Below are positions 1 through 12,298 of a stretch of DNA of 64,000 bases, in pieces (within the stretch, counting starts at the first letter, position 1; the number at the start of each line of letters is the position of its first letter). The stretch comes from Octopus sinensis. Taxonomy: Eukaryota. The stretch spans positions 2,046,001 through 2,110,000 of the forward strand of contig NC_042999.1 in NCBI RefSeq assembly GCF_006345805.1, read 5' to 3'. The position numbers and the translations under genes were made by a program. The notes beneath the pieces were generated by a model, which saw nothing but the letters and a program-made list of their open reading frames with translations, had not been told where the DNA came from and made no database searches.

Positions 1-1
1 G

Positions 2-1245
2 GCAGCTAGAGATAATATGATTTATTGTTTCTTGTCCATCTCCACATATTCTGCAGTTACTTGTAATATTTCTTTTCATTACATGTTTTTGGTAATTTCT
101 GGTGGGGAAGCTTTGGTCTTGTGCTGCAATTAAAAATCCCTCTGTTTCTGCTTTGAGTCCTGAGCTTCTCAACCATTGCTGGGATTTTTCTTTGTTTATT
201 TCTTTTGCGTTTAGTTTAGTGCAGTATTTACCATGAAGGGGCTTTTCTTGCCATCGTTTTATCATGGCTCGTTGCTGTTCTATTTTTAGTTTGGATTTCA
301 TTTGTTTTATAGCTTTTGTTGTTTCTTCATCATCTTCTTCTTCTTTGTGTTTATTAGGTGGTATGATTTCTTGTTTGTATTTGTCAGCTTCCTTAAATAC
401 TGAGAACAGTTTTTTGTTTTGCTCGTGTTTTGCTGCTATCTGGATCAGTTTTCCTTCCTTCTGAAGTAGGTATTTTTGCAGTCCTATGGTGGTTATTTTA
501 TAGTAGTTTTCCAGCTGTATAAGGCCTCTACCACCTTCTATACGTTGTATATATAGTCTTTCTATGTCAGATTTTGGGTGATGCATCCTAGATCCTGTCA
601 GTATTTTTCTTGTTTTCCTATCTATTTTGGACAGTTCATTTCGTGTCCAGTTAAGGATATTGTAGCTGTAACTTATAACTGGGAGAGCTAAAGTGTTGAT
701 ACCTATTATCTTGTTTTTAGCATTGAGCTCTGTTTTTAGTATTGATCTAACTCGTCTATAATATTCTTTTTTTATTTTCTCTTTCATTTGTGTGTGTTGT
801 GTCTTATCTAGTTCATGGATTCCTAAGTATTTGTAAGTTTGGCTTTGGTCTAATTCTTTTATTTCATTGGTTTTATCTAGTGTGATGTTGTTACTCTTAA
901 CTAGTTTTCCTCTTTTCATGGTTACTTTGGCGCATTTTTCTAATCCAAATTTCATATCTATTTCTTTGGTAAATCCATGAACTGTCTTTAATAGTGTTTC
1001 CAGCTGTTTGTCATTTGTAGCGTATAGTTTTAGGTCATCCATATATAAAAGGTGGCTGATCGTTTTGCCGTAACATTTATATCCGCATCCAGTTCTATTT
1101 AGCATATCAGATAGAGGTGACAGTGCCAAGCAGAAAAGGAGTGGAGAGAGCGTGTCTCCCTGGAATATTCCTCTTCTAATGGGGATGTCTTTGGTTTTCA
1201 TGAGTCCCTCTTTTGTTTGGAGGTGTAGGACTGTTTGCCATTTAT

Positions 1246-1249
<4 letters not shown>
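2..1249 (-). CDS. Reverse transcriptase + CCHC zinc-knuckle portion of an R4/Dong-clade non-LTR retrotransposon (5'-truncated; ORF runs off the window edge)
   Basis: Manual translation of the minus strand gave 416 codons with no stop: ...IRRGIFQGDTLSPLLF...SHLLYMDDLKL (YMDD at 1034-1045)...KYLG...GGRGL...LKAETEGFLIAAQDQ...CRICGDGQETINHIISSC. It is absent from the ORF track because it lacks a stop inside the window. The 5' junction abuts (TAA)n. Confidence 0.9.

Positions 1250-1324
<75 letters not shown>
1244..1324. repeat. (ATT/TAA)n microsatellite at the 5' junction of the Dong-like element
   Basis: Direct reading of the sequence. Confidence 0.95.
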
Positions 1325-1437
1325 GAGTGAGAGAGCAGTTCATGCCATCAAAGTGACACTGGGGTAAAATATACAAATCCCAGTATACCCATCATGACTA
1401 CCCGTCTGATAAAGGTACACCTGGCACGTGCATCACA
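1325..1437. mobile_element. Non-coding interspersed-repeat fragment between two (ATT)n tracts
   Basis: Complex sequence (gagtgagagagcagttcatgcc...gcatcaca) bounded by (ATT)n on both sides. It appears to overlap and continue in the piece at 38205-38331. Confidence 0.5.
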
Positions 1438-1467
<30 letters not shown>

Positions 1468-1470
<3 letters not shown>

Positions 1471-2150
1471 TCGTCTTATTTTTATCGCATGCTTTCACTT
1501 CACTACCAAGTACAGTGCTGTGTGCTGTGGTTTGTAGTGATGCTCTTATTTTTACTGTATTGAAAGTGTTTTACGTAGGATGTTTGCAGTGCCCAGTAGT
1601 GCTCTTTTCTGTATGTTATATATATTTGTAAGTCCTGGCGTTTTTGTTACTCTTTACTCTTTTACTCTTTTACTTGTTTCAGTATATTTGACTGCGGCCA
1701 TGCTGGAGCACCGCCTTTAGTCGAGCAAATCGACCCCGGGACTTATTCTTTTGTAAGCCCAGCACTTATTCTATCAGTCTCTTTTGCCGAACCGCTAAGT
1801 GACGGGGACGTAAACACACCAGCATCGGTTGTCAAGCAATGCTAGGGGGACAAACACAGACACACAAGCACATACACGACACATACATATATATATATAC
1901 ATATATACGACAGGCTTCTTTCAGTTTCCGTCTACCAAATCCACTCACAAGGCATTGGTCGGCCCGGGGCTATAGCAGAAGACACTTGCCCAAGATGTCA
2001 TGCAGTGGGACTGAACCCGGAACCATGTGGGTGGTTAGCAACTCCTGTGCCTATGTTATGTATTTTTCTGAATATTTTTTTATCATACCTAATGCACCTA
2101 CTATGAGAGGAATTGTTTGTTATTAGACTCTACATTCGAGTTACTTCTCA
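1468..2150 (-). mobile_element. 3' end of R4/Dong-like element (end of RLE domain + 3'UTR), split by a SINE
   Basis: Minus strand: EVTRM*..IPLIVGALGMIKKYSEKYIT (about 2150-2056), then TKTPGLTNIYNIQKRALLGTANILRKTLSIQ* (about 1648-1550), a short UTR and (TAA)n. Confidence 0.8.
1649..2055 (-). mobile_element. tRNA-derived SINE family A (about 400 bp)
   Basis: Reverse complement of the head gtggctgtgtggtaag...ggttccgggttcagtcccactg...cttgggcaagtgtcttct and the tail ccagcatggccgcagtcaaat..gactgaaacaagtaaaagagta. Many copies in the window. Confidence 0.85.
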
Positions 2151-2410
2151 TCATCATCATCGTTTAACATTTGTTTTCTATGCTGGCATGGATTGGACAG
2201 TTTGACTGGGGACTGGCAAGCCAGGAGGCTGCACCAGGCTTCAATCTGATTAGGCAGAGTTTCTACAGCTGGATGCCCTTCCTACTGCCAACCACTCTGA
2301 GAGTGTTGTGGGTGCTTTTTACATGCCAAGGGCACAGGAGCCAGTCAGGTAGCACTGGCATTGGCCACGTTCGGATGGAGCCTTTTACATGCCACCGGCA
2401 CAAGGAGCCT
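2150..2410 (-). mobile_element. RTE-type 3' tail fragment ending in (GAT)n
   Basis: Matches the 3' terminus of the RTE copies at 55740-55925 (..gtggttggc..aggaagggcatccagctgtagaaac..ccaacccatgctagcatggaaa..gatgatgat). Confidence 0.75.
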
Positions 2411-2789
2411 ATTATTATCATTATTATTATTATTATTATTATTATCATTTTTATCATTATTATTATTATTATCATTATTACCATTATCACTATCATCATC
2501 TTCATCTTCATCTTCATTATTGTTATTCAGTTTAAAATCTTGCAATGAAAATGCTTGTAGCAGTCTCTTTATTTGAAATAAAAGGATATCGACGACCTGA
2601 GCTTTGGATTTTGAGGGGAAACTTTAAAATATTATATTTATCCCCCTGTACGATAAATGCTGAGATGACCTTGAATAAACCGAAACTTAGAAGTGAGAAA
2701 TTACAGGTTTGGTACTTTAATTATTGAGCCGATACTTTGTGTCAGCGAGATTTTATGACACTTGCTGGAATTTATATTATATTCGAACT

Positions 2790-4645
2790 TTAGGTCTTCG
2801 AACTTTAGGTCTCACTAAGGAAATGTCTAGAGACCGAGACCTATGGAAGTATGCTGTGCATGAGAAGACCCGGCAAGACTAGTCAGGCCATAACCCGTGG
2901 CCCCGACCTGGGACGTAGTCAGTCCTGTGCATACCTTCCTTCTTGTGACACTTATGAAGACCTGTTGAGGCAAGTGAAAATCAAATCAAAATCAAAACAA
3001 ATCAAATAGATGAACATCAGTGGAATTGTATTCTTTGTGGTACCAGTGGCCGGTGGTGGCACACAAGAAAAACAACCCAAATGGCCGTAACCAGTACCGC
3101 ATCGACTGGCCTCCGTGCTGTGGGCACAACAAACACATCCGATCGTGGCCGTTCGCCAGCCTCATCTGGCACCTGTGCCGGTGGCACATAAAGACACCAT
3201 CCGAAGACCCGGCGACGTAGTCAGTCCACCTGTGCATACCTTCCCTCTTATGACACTTGTGAAGACCTGTTGAGGCAAGTGTGTGACACTTGTGAAGACC
3301 TGTTGAGGCAAGTGAAAATCAAATCAAACCAAATCAAATAGATGAATATCAATGGAATTTGTATCTTTGTGGTTCCAGTACCGGTGGTGGCACACAAGAA
3401 AACCATCCGAAGTGGCCGTAGCTGGTACGCATCGACTGGCCTCCGTGCTGTGGGCACAACAAACACCATCTGGTCGTGGCCGTTCGCCAGCCTCACCTGG
3501 CACCTGTGTCGGTGGCACATAAAACACCATCCAAAGACCCGGCGACGTAGTCAGTCCACCTGTGCATACCTTCCCTCTTATGACACTTGTGAAGACCTGT
3601 TGAGGCAGAGGCAAGTGTGTGACACTTGTGGAGACCTGTTGAGGCAAGTGTGTGACACGCGTGACACTTGTGAAGACCTGTTGAGGCAAGTGAAAATCAA
3701 ACCAAATCAAAATAGATGAACATCAATGGAATTTGTATCTTTGTGGTTCCAGTACCGGTGGCACACAAGGACACGCGTGACACTTGTGAAGACCTGTTGA
3801 GGCAAGTGAAAATCAAACCAAATCAAAATAGATGAACATCAATGGAATTTGTATCTTTGTGGTTCCAGTACCGGTGGCACACAGAAAACCATCCGATCGT
3901 GGCCGTTCGCCAGCCACATCTGGCACCTGTGTCGGTGGCACATAAAGACACCATCCGAAGACCCGGCGACGTAGACAGTCCACCTGTGCATACCTTCCTT
4001 CTTGTGACACTTGTGAAGACCTGTTGAGGCAAGTGACACTTGTGAAGACCTGTTGAGGCAAGTGAAAATCAAATCAAATCAAAACAAATCAAAATAGATG
4101 AGCATAAATGGAATTTGTATCTTTGTGGTACCAGTGCCGGTGGCACACAAGAAAATCATCCGAACGTGGCCGTAGCCAGTACCGCATAGACTGGCCTCCG
4201 TGCCTTTGGGGACGTAACAAACACCATCCGATCGTGGCCGTCCGCCAGCCTCATCTGGCACCTGTGTCGGTGGCACATAAAAAAAAACCATCCGAGCGTG
4301 GCCGTCTGCCAGCCTCGTCTGGCACCTGCCAGCCTCATCTGGCAACCTGTGTCGGTGGCACATAAAACACCATCCGAGCGTGGCCGCTGCCAGCCTCGTC
4401 TGGCACCTGTGTCGGTGGCACATAAAAACACCATCCGAGCGTGGCCGTTCGCCAGCCTCGTCTGGCACCTGTGTCGGTGGCACATAAAATCACCCACTAC
4501 ACTCTCGGAGTGGTTGGCGTTAGGAAGGGCATCCAGCTGTAGAAACACTGCCAGATCGACTGGCCTGGTGCAGCCTTCGGGCTCCCCAGACCCCAGTGAA
4601 CCGTCCAACCCATGCTAGCATGGAAAACGGACGCTAAATGATGAT
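2790..4645 (+). mobile_element. RTE retrotransposon 3' end with a tandemly amplified 3'UTR
   Basis: Starts with the RTE ORF end (LRTLGLTKEMSRDRDLWKYAVHEKTRQD*). Then about 4 tandem 300-400 bp UTR units, about 60-bp subrepeats, and the (GAT)n tail at about 4640-4665. Confidence 0.8.
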
Positions 4646-5682
4646 GATGATGATGATGATGATGATTGAGAAAATGAACGATAGATATTTCAGTAATTTT
4701 ATTTAGCCAAGATGTTACAGTATAATTATATATTTATTTTATTGGTATGGCTCTAAAGCCACATAAAGCTAAACCAAATTTCAATAAATGTCATTTGAAT
4801 AGTAATGTTATACTAAGAGTGAAATATATTGTTGCCTTCAAACCTGTTGGCAAGCTTCTCTCTGCTGTATTAAGATTAAATTTAGAAAAATACAGAAAAT
4901 CTTGGAGTGAATTAAATTAAAACTATAATTGTATTTTCTACTTAATTTCTGTATGTGATCTCAGCATTTGTCTGGAGTTACTGCAGAGGTCATAAAAGTA
5001 AAAGAAGATACCGGCACGATTTGTTTTAAGAGGAAATAGAAACTAATATCTGAAACCGTTTCTTTCTGATCTCTCGTATAACTTGCTTAAATAAAGGTTA
5101 ATGTTCAAAATATAATGTTATTTTTCTAATAAAATTTCTAGATATTGATTGTTTTAAATCATATCCGATGTTCCTTGAGCTAAACTCCATTTTTTTCCGT
5201 GTAATGATAGTGGTGTGTATGATTGTGAATACACGAGGCACAATCAGTGTGGGGTTAAAGGGCCACATTGTTAAATTCTTATAGTGTGCCAAGTTCAAAT
5301 TTTATTAAAGTTAAGAATGTCCAGAGGTGTTTAGCACTGAAGAGACCAAATGTACTTGAAACACTCTGTCAGATGATCTACTGTTGACATTCTGAGAACT
5401 GTATGTCTTTTAACACACGATTCTCTTTAAGATGTTTCACCAAGACTAAATACCGTAGCTAGCACTGCTCCAACTTTGTATATACAGGGTGCAACAGAAA
5501 GACATCCCATGACATTTTTTTGTGTGTGAGTCACAAACAAGATTGATGCAAGAAGTAGAATGAGAAGAAAAGAAAAAGAAAGTAAGAACCCTAGATCATT
5601 GTGTATATGTATATATATATATATATATTATATATATATATATATACACACATATATATACGTATGTGTGTGTATATATATA

Positions 5683-5725
<43 letters not shown>

Positions 5726-5885
5726 TCTAATAATATCAGTACTTGGTAGTAATATTTATTGGCAAGCTAACATGCTGCCGTTGATTAGCTCTGAAAGCCA
5801 TCACCCCTAGCTAGCTATGTGACACAAATCTGTGTCCATTACAACATTTGAACAGGAGAGGTCATCAGCTTCCCCTTGCTGGTTA

Positions 5886-5916
<31 letters not shown>

Positions 5917-6639
5917 ATACACAATGGGCTTCCACAACCATGGTGCTCTAGTGGAGGACACTTGCTGAAGATGCCAGACAGCAGGATTGACTACGAAACC
6001 ACACGACTGCAAAGCGATCTTCTTAACCACACGGCCATGCCTGCACCCAAACGAGTGAATGTGTCACATCTTTTATTTTCCAACTCCCTGGATAAATTAC
6101 ACCAATATCTTAATGTCCTGGCCGTAGTACTTTCCATTGTTGTTGTAATTGCATAATGTAATTACTCTAAGATGACTGCAATTAGCTCTAACAAAGTTTG
6201 TTATGACAAACAACCCTGTTTCAAATTCTTTATGATGACCAATAACATAAACTTGCCAAGCAGGCAGATTCATCTTTCCTTATAATATTCAGTACTTTAT
6301 CACTTCTGGGTTGAAATTTGAACTTTCGTAGCCATAAATCCACGAACTGCTTATCAAATACATAGATTTTTAAGACTTTTTACACTAAAATAATGTTTAT
6401 CTCGTTTGGTGTTTGGCGTTTGGTGTTCATCATAAATCATTTTGATCAACGTAGCTTTGTTGGTAATAGTGAGATAGGTCTTGTTCTACAATGTATCCAA
6501 CACCATCCGGTTTATGAATCATCTCTTCTCTGCCGTAGTTATCAATCAGACTGGTAAATTGTTATTTTTATTGATTTAGTTACGAAAAACCTTATGTTTA
6601 GTCAAGACATCCAATCCATCTCATGTGCAATCTTGGTCA

Positions 6640-6927
<288 letters not shown>

Positions 6928-6932
<5 letters not shown>

Positions 6933-7050
6933 CAGAATGAGATAACAAAGTCAAGGCTATGAGGAGTTTACAGGACAGCTGTGAGACTATTTCCTTATAA
7001 ATGTCCTGAAATTCCTCACAGCCTTGGCTTTGTTATCTCATTCTGTCTAA
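6928..7050. repeat. 123-bp fold-back between (TA)n tracts
   Basis: ttagacagaatgagataacaaagtcaaggctatgagga ... tcctcacagccttggctttgttatctcattctgtctaa. The right half resembles the sequence downstream of the hammerhead remnant at 56086-56150. Confidence 0.8.
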
Positions 7051-7104
7051 TATATATATATAGATAGATATAGATATATATATGCATGCTAATGCAAGAC
7101 CCAC

Positions 7105-7788
7105 ATTAGACTCCTCATGCGTATCACTATTGAGCCATATGGAAGTATGCTGTGCATGAGAAGACCCGGCAAGACTAGTGAAGCCATAACCCGTGGCCCC
7201 TACCTGGGACGTAGTCAGTCCACCTGTGCATACCTTCCTTCTTGTGACACTTGTAAAGACCTGTTGAGGCAAGTGAAAATCAAATCAAACCAAATCAAAA
7301 TAGATGAACATCAATGGAATTTGTATCCTTGTGGTACCAGTGCCGGTGGCACATAAGAAAACCATCCGAACGTGACCGTAGCCAGTACCCCATCGACTGG
7401 CCTCCGTGCTGAGGGCACGTAACAAACACCATCCGAGCGTGGCCGTTCGCCAGCCTCGTCTGGCACCTGTGTCGGTGACACATAAGAAAACACCATCCGA
7501 GCGTGGCCATCTGCCAGCCTCGTCTGGCACCTGTGTCGGTGGCACATAAAAAACACCATCCGAGCGTGGCCGTCTGCCAGCCTCATCTGGCACCTGTGTC
7601 GGTGGCACATAAAATCACCCACTACACTCTCGGAGTGGTTGGCGTTAGGAAGGGCATCTAGCTGTAGAAACACTGCCAGATCTGACTGGCCTGGTGCTGC
7701 CTTCGGGCTTGCCAGACCCCAGTTGAACAGTCCAACCCATGCTAGCATGGAAAGCGGACGTTAAACGATGATGATGATGATGATGATG
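7105..7788 (+). mobile_element. RTE 3'UTR copy with about 60-bp subrepeats and (GAT)n tail
   Basis: Homologous to 2830-4645 and 55110-55925. Confidence 0.8.
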
Positions 7789-7789
7789 A

Positions 7790-8705
7790 AAGGGCTCCTC
7801 CCTCAGAGTGAAAGGCAGATTGTATGATGCCTGTGTGTGAACATTTATGCTGCATGGCAGTGAAACATGGGCTGTGACAGCCAAGGATATGCATAGGCTT
7901 GAGAGAAATGAAGCCAGTATGCTTTACTGCATGTGTAATGTCAGTGTGCATGTTCAACAGAGTCTAAGCATCTTGAGAGAAAAATTGGGCATAAGAGGCA
8001 TCAGATGTGGTATGCAAGACAGACAACTGTATTGGTATGGTAATGTGATGCATATGGATGAGGACAGCTGTGCAAAGAAGTGTCGATCTCTAACCGTGGA
8101 GGGAACCTGTGGAAGAGGTAGACCCAAAAAGACATGGAATGAGGTGGTGAAGCATGACCTTCGAACTTTGAACCTCACAGAGGCAATGACCGGTGACCGA
8201 GACCTTTGGCAATGTCCTCCGCTTAAGAGGACCCATCAAGCCAAGTGCACCCCTGCTGGTGGCACGTAAAAGAAAAAACAATCAACCTTTGAACCTTGTG
8301 TGTGATTATGTGTCTCTTTGTCATGGATGAAGTGGCTGAGTATCTTTGAGCATTGGGCCTGACAGAGGCAAAGTTGCTGAGCTCCTCTTGAGTGTTGGGC
8401 CTCGTGGAGGCAACAATCAAGACCTTTGGAATTATGTCGTGCTTGAGAAGAAGACCCATCAAACCGAGCAAATCACAGTCATGGTAGATACCAGTGTCAC
8501 ATAAATGGCACCCATGCCAGGGGCACATGAAAGCACCTGTTACACTCTCAGAGTGGTTGGCATTAGGAAGGACATCCAGCCATAGAAAACCATGCCAAAT
8601 CAGACTGAAACCTGGTGCAGCCTTCCAGCATGCCAACCCAGTCAAACCATCCAACCCAAGCCAGCATGGACAACGGACATTAAATGATGATGATGATGAT
8701 GATGT
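7790..8705 (+). pseudogene. RTE-clade LINE ORF C-terminal fragment + 3'UTR
   Basis: LRVKGRLYDACV..MLHGSETWAVT..RLERNE..WYGNVMHM..GRGRPKKTWNEVVKHDL (ORF 7847-8269) is typical of the RTE C-terminus. It ends in the RTE tail and (GAT)n at about 8685. Confidence 0.85.
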
Positions 8706-8750
8706 GTGTGTGTGTGTGTGTGTGTATACATATTGTATATGTACATACTT

Positions 8751-8788
<38 letters not shown>

Positions 8789-9394
8789 GTATATATTTAC
8801 ATTTATGCTATATATTACCATTCTTGATAAATATCATTGGCTGATTACATATCTCCAAAGGACCAATCACAAGTTCACTGCAGTTCTGATGGACAAGAGA
8901 AGTGACGTAAGTGTTTTTCAATTTCTTGCCCATGTTTATATCCATTACACATGCACACACAGATGATGATAATGATGAAGCTGCTGATGGTAATGATGAT
9001 GATAATGATGATGAAGATGGTGATGGTGATGATGATGGCAATGATGAGGACGACAACAATGATTACGATGATGATTATGATTATGATGATGATGATGTTA
9101 CCAAATAACTGACAGAGATTTTTATTTTTTTGCCAAATATTTCCTGAAAGTTTAAATAAATTAATCATGATAGCCCAATTACATAATAAGCGATTCAGAT
9201 TTCCACAGGACTTTCCTTATTCGCCTTTTAACTTACTAATATATTCAACCTCATAAATTCGTTTCTAATTAAGCAATGCGGAGTAATGAATGGAAACTGC
9301 ACGGCAGAAATTTGTTAGCAACATATGACTGAATAAGTTTATGAATATTCGTGCATGAAATAGAGAAAATAGAAAGAGACAAATAGAGAGAAAT

Positions 9395-9425
<31 letters not shown>

Positions 9426-9720
9426 TGATATGTGTGTATATGGTGGTGGTGGTGGTGATGGTGGTTGAGATTAAGTGTTGGTGTATGCTTATTAATGCTT
9501 GTCCCATAAATTCATAAAGTTTTCATATAAACAACCTTTACAAATGCTGCATTACTTATTGAACTTTTTCTTAGACAGTTTGCACAATTAACTATTAATT
9601 CTATCTCAGAAAAAATCGTGAAAATGTTTTCACCATTATTATTATTATCATTGTTTTTTTTTTCCTTTTTTCTTCAAATTTTCTTCCATTTCTCACCAAG
9701 AGTTTTCCTTACACTTTAGG

Positions 9721-9787
<67 letters not shown>

Positions 9788-9790
<3 letters not shown>

Positions 9791-10091
9791 TAGTTTTATT
9801 TTTATATCGTGCTTTCACTTCACTACCAAGCGCTGCTCTGTGTGCCTTGTGTATGTTCTGTGGTTTGCTGTGATGCTCTTATGGTTACTGTATTGAAAGT
9901 GTTTTGCATAGGATGTGTGCAGTGCCTAGTAGTGCTATTTTCTGTATGTTATATATATTTGTTAGTCCTGGTGTTTTTGTTATGTATTTGTCTGAATATT
10001 TTTTTATCATACCTAATGCACCTACTATGATAGGGATTGTTTCTGTTTTTAGATTCCACATTTGAGTTACCTCTATTTCTAGGTCTTTGTA
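9788..10091 (-). mobile_element. 5'-truncated R4/Dong-like copy in (TAA)n
   Basis: Minus strand KYKDLEIEVTQMWNLKTETIPIIVGALGMIKKYSDKYITKTPGLTNIYNIQKIALLGTAHILCKTLSIQ*, with (ATT)n on both sides. Confidence 0.88.
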
Positions 10092-10109
10092 TTATTATTA
10101 TTATCATTA

Positions 10110-10145
<36 letters not shown>

Positions 10146-10154
10146 CAATATTAA

Positions 10155-10620
10155 GGTGGTGAGCTGGCAGAATCGTTAGCACACCGGGTGAAATACTTAG
10201 CAGTATATCGTTTGCTGCTATGTTCTGAGTTCGAATCCCACCAAGGTTGACTTTGCCTTTTATCCTCTCGGGGTCGATAAATTAAGCACCAGTGGAACAC
10301 TGGAGTTGATGTAATCGACTAGTCCCCTCTCCACAAATTTGAGGTCTTGTGCCTCCAGGAGAAAGAATTATTGTTATTATTATTATTTTTAATATATAAG
10401 GGCAGTGAGCTGGCAGAAACATTAGCACAACGGGCAAACTGCTTAGTGGTATTTCATGTGTCTTTACGTTCTGAGTTCAAATTCCACCGAGGTCAGCTTC
10501 GCCTTTCATCCTTTCAGGGTTGATAAATGAAGTACCAGTTGCATATTGGGGTCAATCTAATTGACTGTCCCACCCCCACTCCCACCAAATTTCAGGCCTT
10601 GTACGTATAGTAGGAAAGAT
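10155..10620 (+). mobile_element. Two copies of tRNA-derived SINE family B (10155-10370, 10398-10620)
   Basis: Head ggtgagctggcagaatcgttagca..gttctgagttcgaatccc; body ctttgcctttcatcctttcggggtcgataaattaagtaccag. Confidence 0.8.
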
Positions 10621-10622
10621 TA

Positions 10623-10683
<61 letters not shown>

Positions 10684-10689
10684 CATTGC

Positions 10690-10728
<39 letters not shown>

Positions 10729-10805
10729 CATTATTATATTATCATTATTATTATTATTATTATTATTATATTATTATTATCATTATCTGCGAAGACATGT
10801 TGGGG

Positions 10806-10905
10806 NNNNNNNNNNNNNNNNNNNNNNNNNNNNNNNNNNNNNNNNNNNNNNNNNNNNNNNNNNNNNNNNNNNNNNNNNNNNNNNNNNNNNNNNNNNNNNN
10901 NNNNN
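10806..10905. other. Assembly gap (100 N)
   Basis: Run of exactly 100 N. Confidence 1.
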
Positions 10906-11469
10906 TGAGGAGATTCCCAGAACCTTGTGGTCTTGGAGCAAACTTCTTACGACACAGCCATGCCTGCACCTAATGTTCTATTTTTGCGTTTTATTGTAAT
11001 GGTGCAGGATGGCATTGTGCTATTGTATAGAAGAGTTTAGTAAAATTGATATCCTAGCAAAAACAAGAGAATGCAAGAGAGAGAGAGAGAGAGAAATGGA
11101 GAAGGAAAAAGAAAAGCAAGTTGTTTTGAAGCTGTATAATGTCTTGTAAAATAAGTTGAAGTACACTGCAATATCTTATTAATCTTATTATAAACGACAG
11201 ATGTGAAATTTGATTACTCTTCAACAGGTGTGTCCTAATACCCCTTACAGGTGTTTTGTCATGCACTTGAGCACTAGATATAATTCTACACACCTTTATA
11301 ATCTAGAAGTCATAATAAGGGATTAGATTATCTGGAAAGGCAATCCTTGATCATCTGTAATTCTATCATCAAGAGGAATTATCTTTCATTTCAACATCAG
11401 GTAACAACTGTTAAGCCGCATATCTGTTGAGAACCTTGGGGATTGGGGATGTTTCTGTGTCTTTATATA

Positions 11470-12298
11470 CAGGCTGGCCCAAAAGTAGGTTTACAGTTAT
11501 CATGTGGACACTTTAAATTTCATTTAAAACATTTTATTACATTTAAATTTCTATCTTGCAATTAACTAAATCAGCATAGGCGCAGGAGTGGCTGTGTGAT
11601 ATGTAGCTTGCTTACCAACCTCATGGTTACAGCTTCAGTACCAATGCATGGCACCTTGGGCAAATGTCTTCTACTACAGCCTCGAGCCGACCAAAGCCTT
11701 GTGAGTGGATTTGGTAGACGGAAACTGAAAGAATCCCGTTGTATATATGTATATATATATATGTGTGTGTGTATGTTTGTGTGTCTGTGTTTGTCTCCCT
11801 AGCATTGTTTGACGACTGGAAACTGAAAGAATCCCGTCGTATATATGTATATATATATATGTGTGTGTGTATATTTGTGTGTCTGTGTTTGTCCCCCTAG
11901 CATTATTTGACAACTGGAAACTGAAAGAATCCCGTCGAATATATGTATATATATATGTGTGTGTGTATGTTTGTGTGTCTGTGTTTGTCCCCCTAGCATT
12001 GCTTGACAACCGATGCTGGTGTGTTTATGTCCCAGTCACACAGCGGTTCAGCAAAAGAGACCAATAGAATAAGTACTAGGCTTATAAAGAATAAGTCCTG
12101 GGGTCGATTTGCTCGACTAAAGGTGGTGCTCCAGCATGGCCGCAGTCAACTGACTGATAAAAGTAAAATAGTAAAAAGAGAGTAAGAGTATAGAATAATG
12201 GTTTCGTATTTATTTTTTAGAATTAAGATCTAAACTGTTAATATATAAATGCGAAAGCGAAAGTTGAATAACTGTAAACCTACTTTTGGGCCACCCTG
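11470..12298. mobile_element. Non-autonomous Tc1/mariner element (MITE) with 29-bp TIRs and TA target duplication
   Basis: TA|CAGGCTGGCCCAAAAGTAGGTTTACAGTT (11470-11498) and AACTGTAAACCTACTTTTGGGCCACCCTG|TA (12270-12298), 28/29 match. No transposase inside. Confidence 0.9.
11578..12190 (+). mobile_element. SINE family A nested in the MITE, with a triplicated internal segment
   Basis: The segment ggaaactgaaagaatcccgt..tttgtccccctagcatt occurs three times between head and tail. Confidence 0.85.

Noticed and set aside
2860-4645. Regularly spaced repeats superficially like a CRISPR array
   Set aside because: Animal DNA; the units are long, the intervening sequences are homologous rather than unique, and they derive from an RTE UTR.
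5337-5370. CTGAAGA...GAAAC spacing like a hammerhead
   Set aside because: Stem II (gacc/actt) and stem I do not pair.
5483-5520. TACAGGGTGCAACAGAAA, resembling a Tc1 terminal repeat
   Set aside because: No matching opposite TIR or transposase found nearby.
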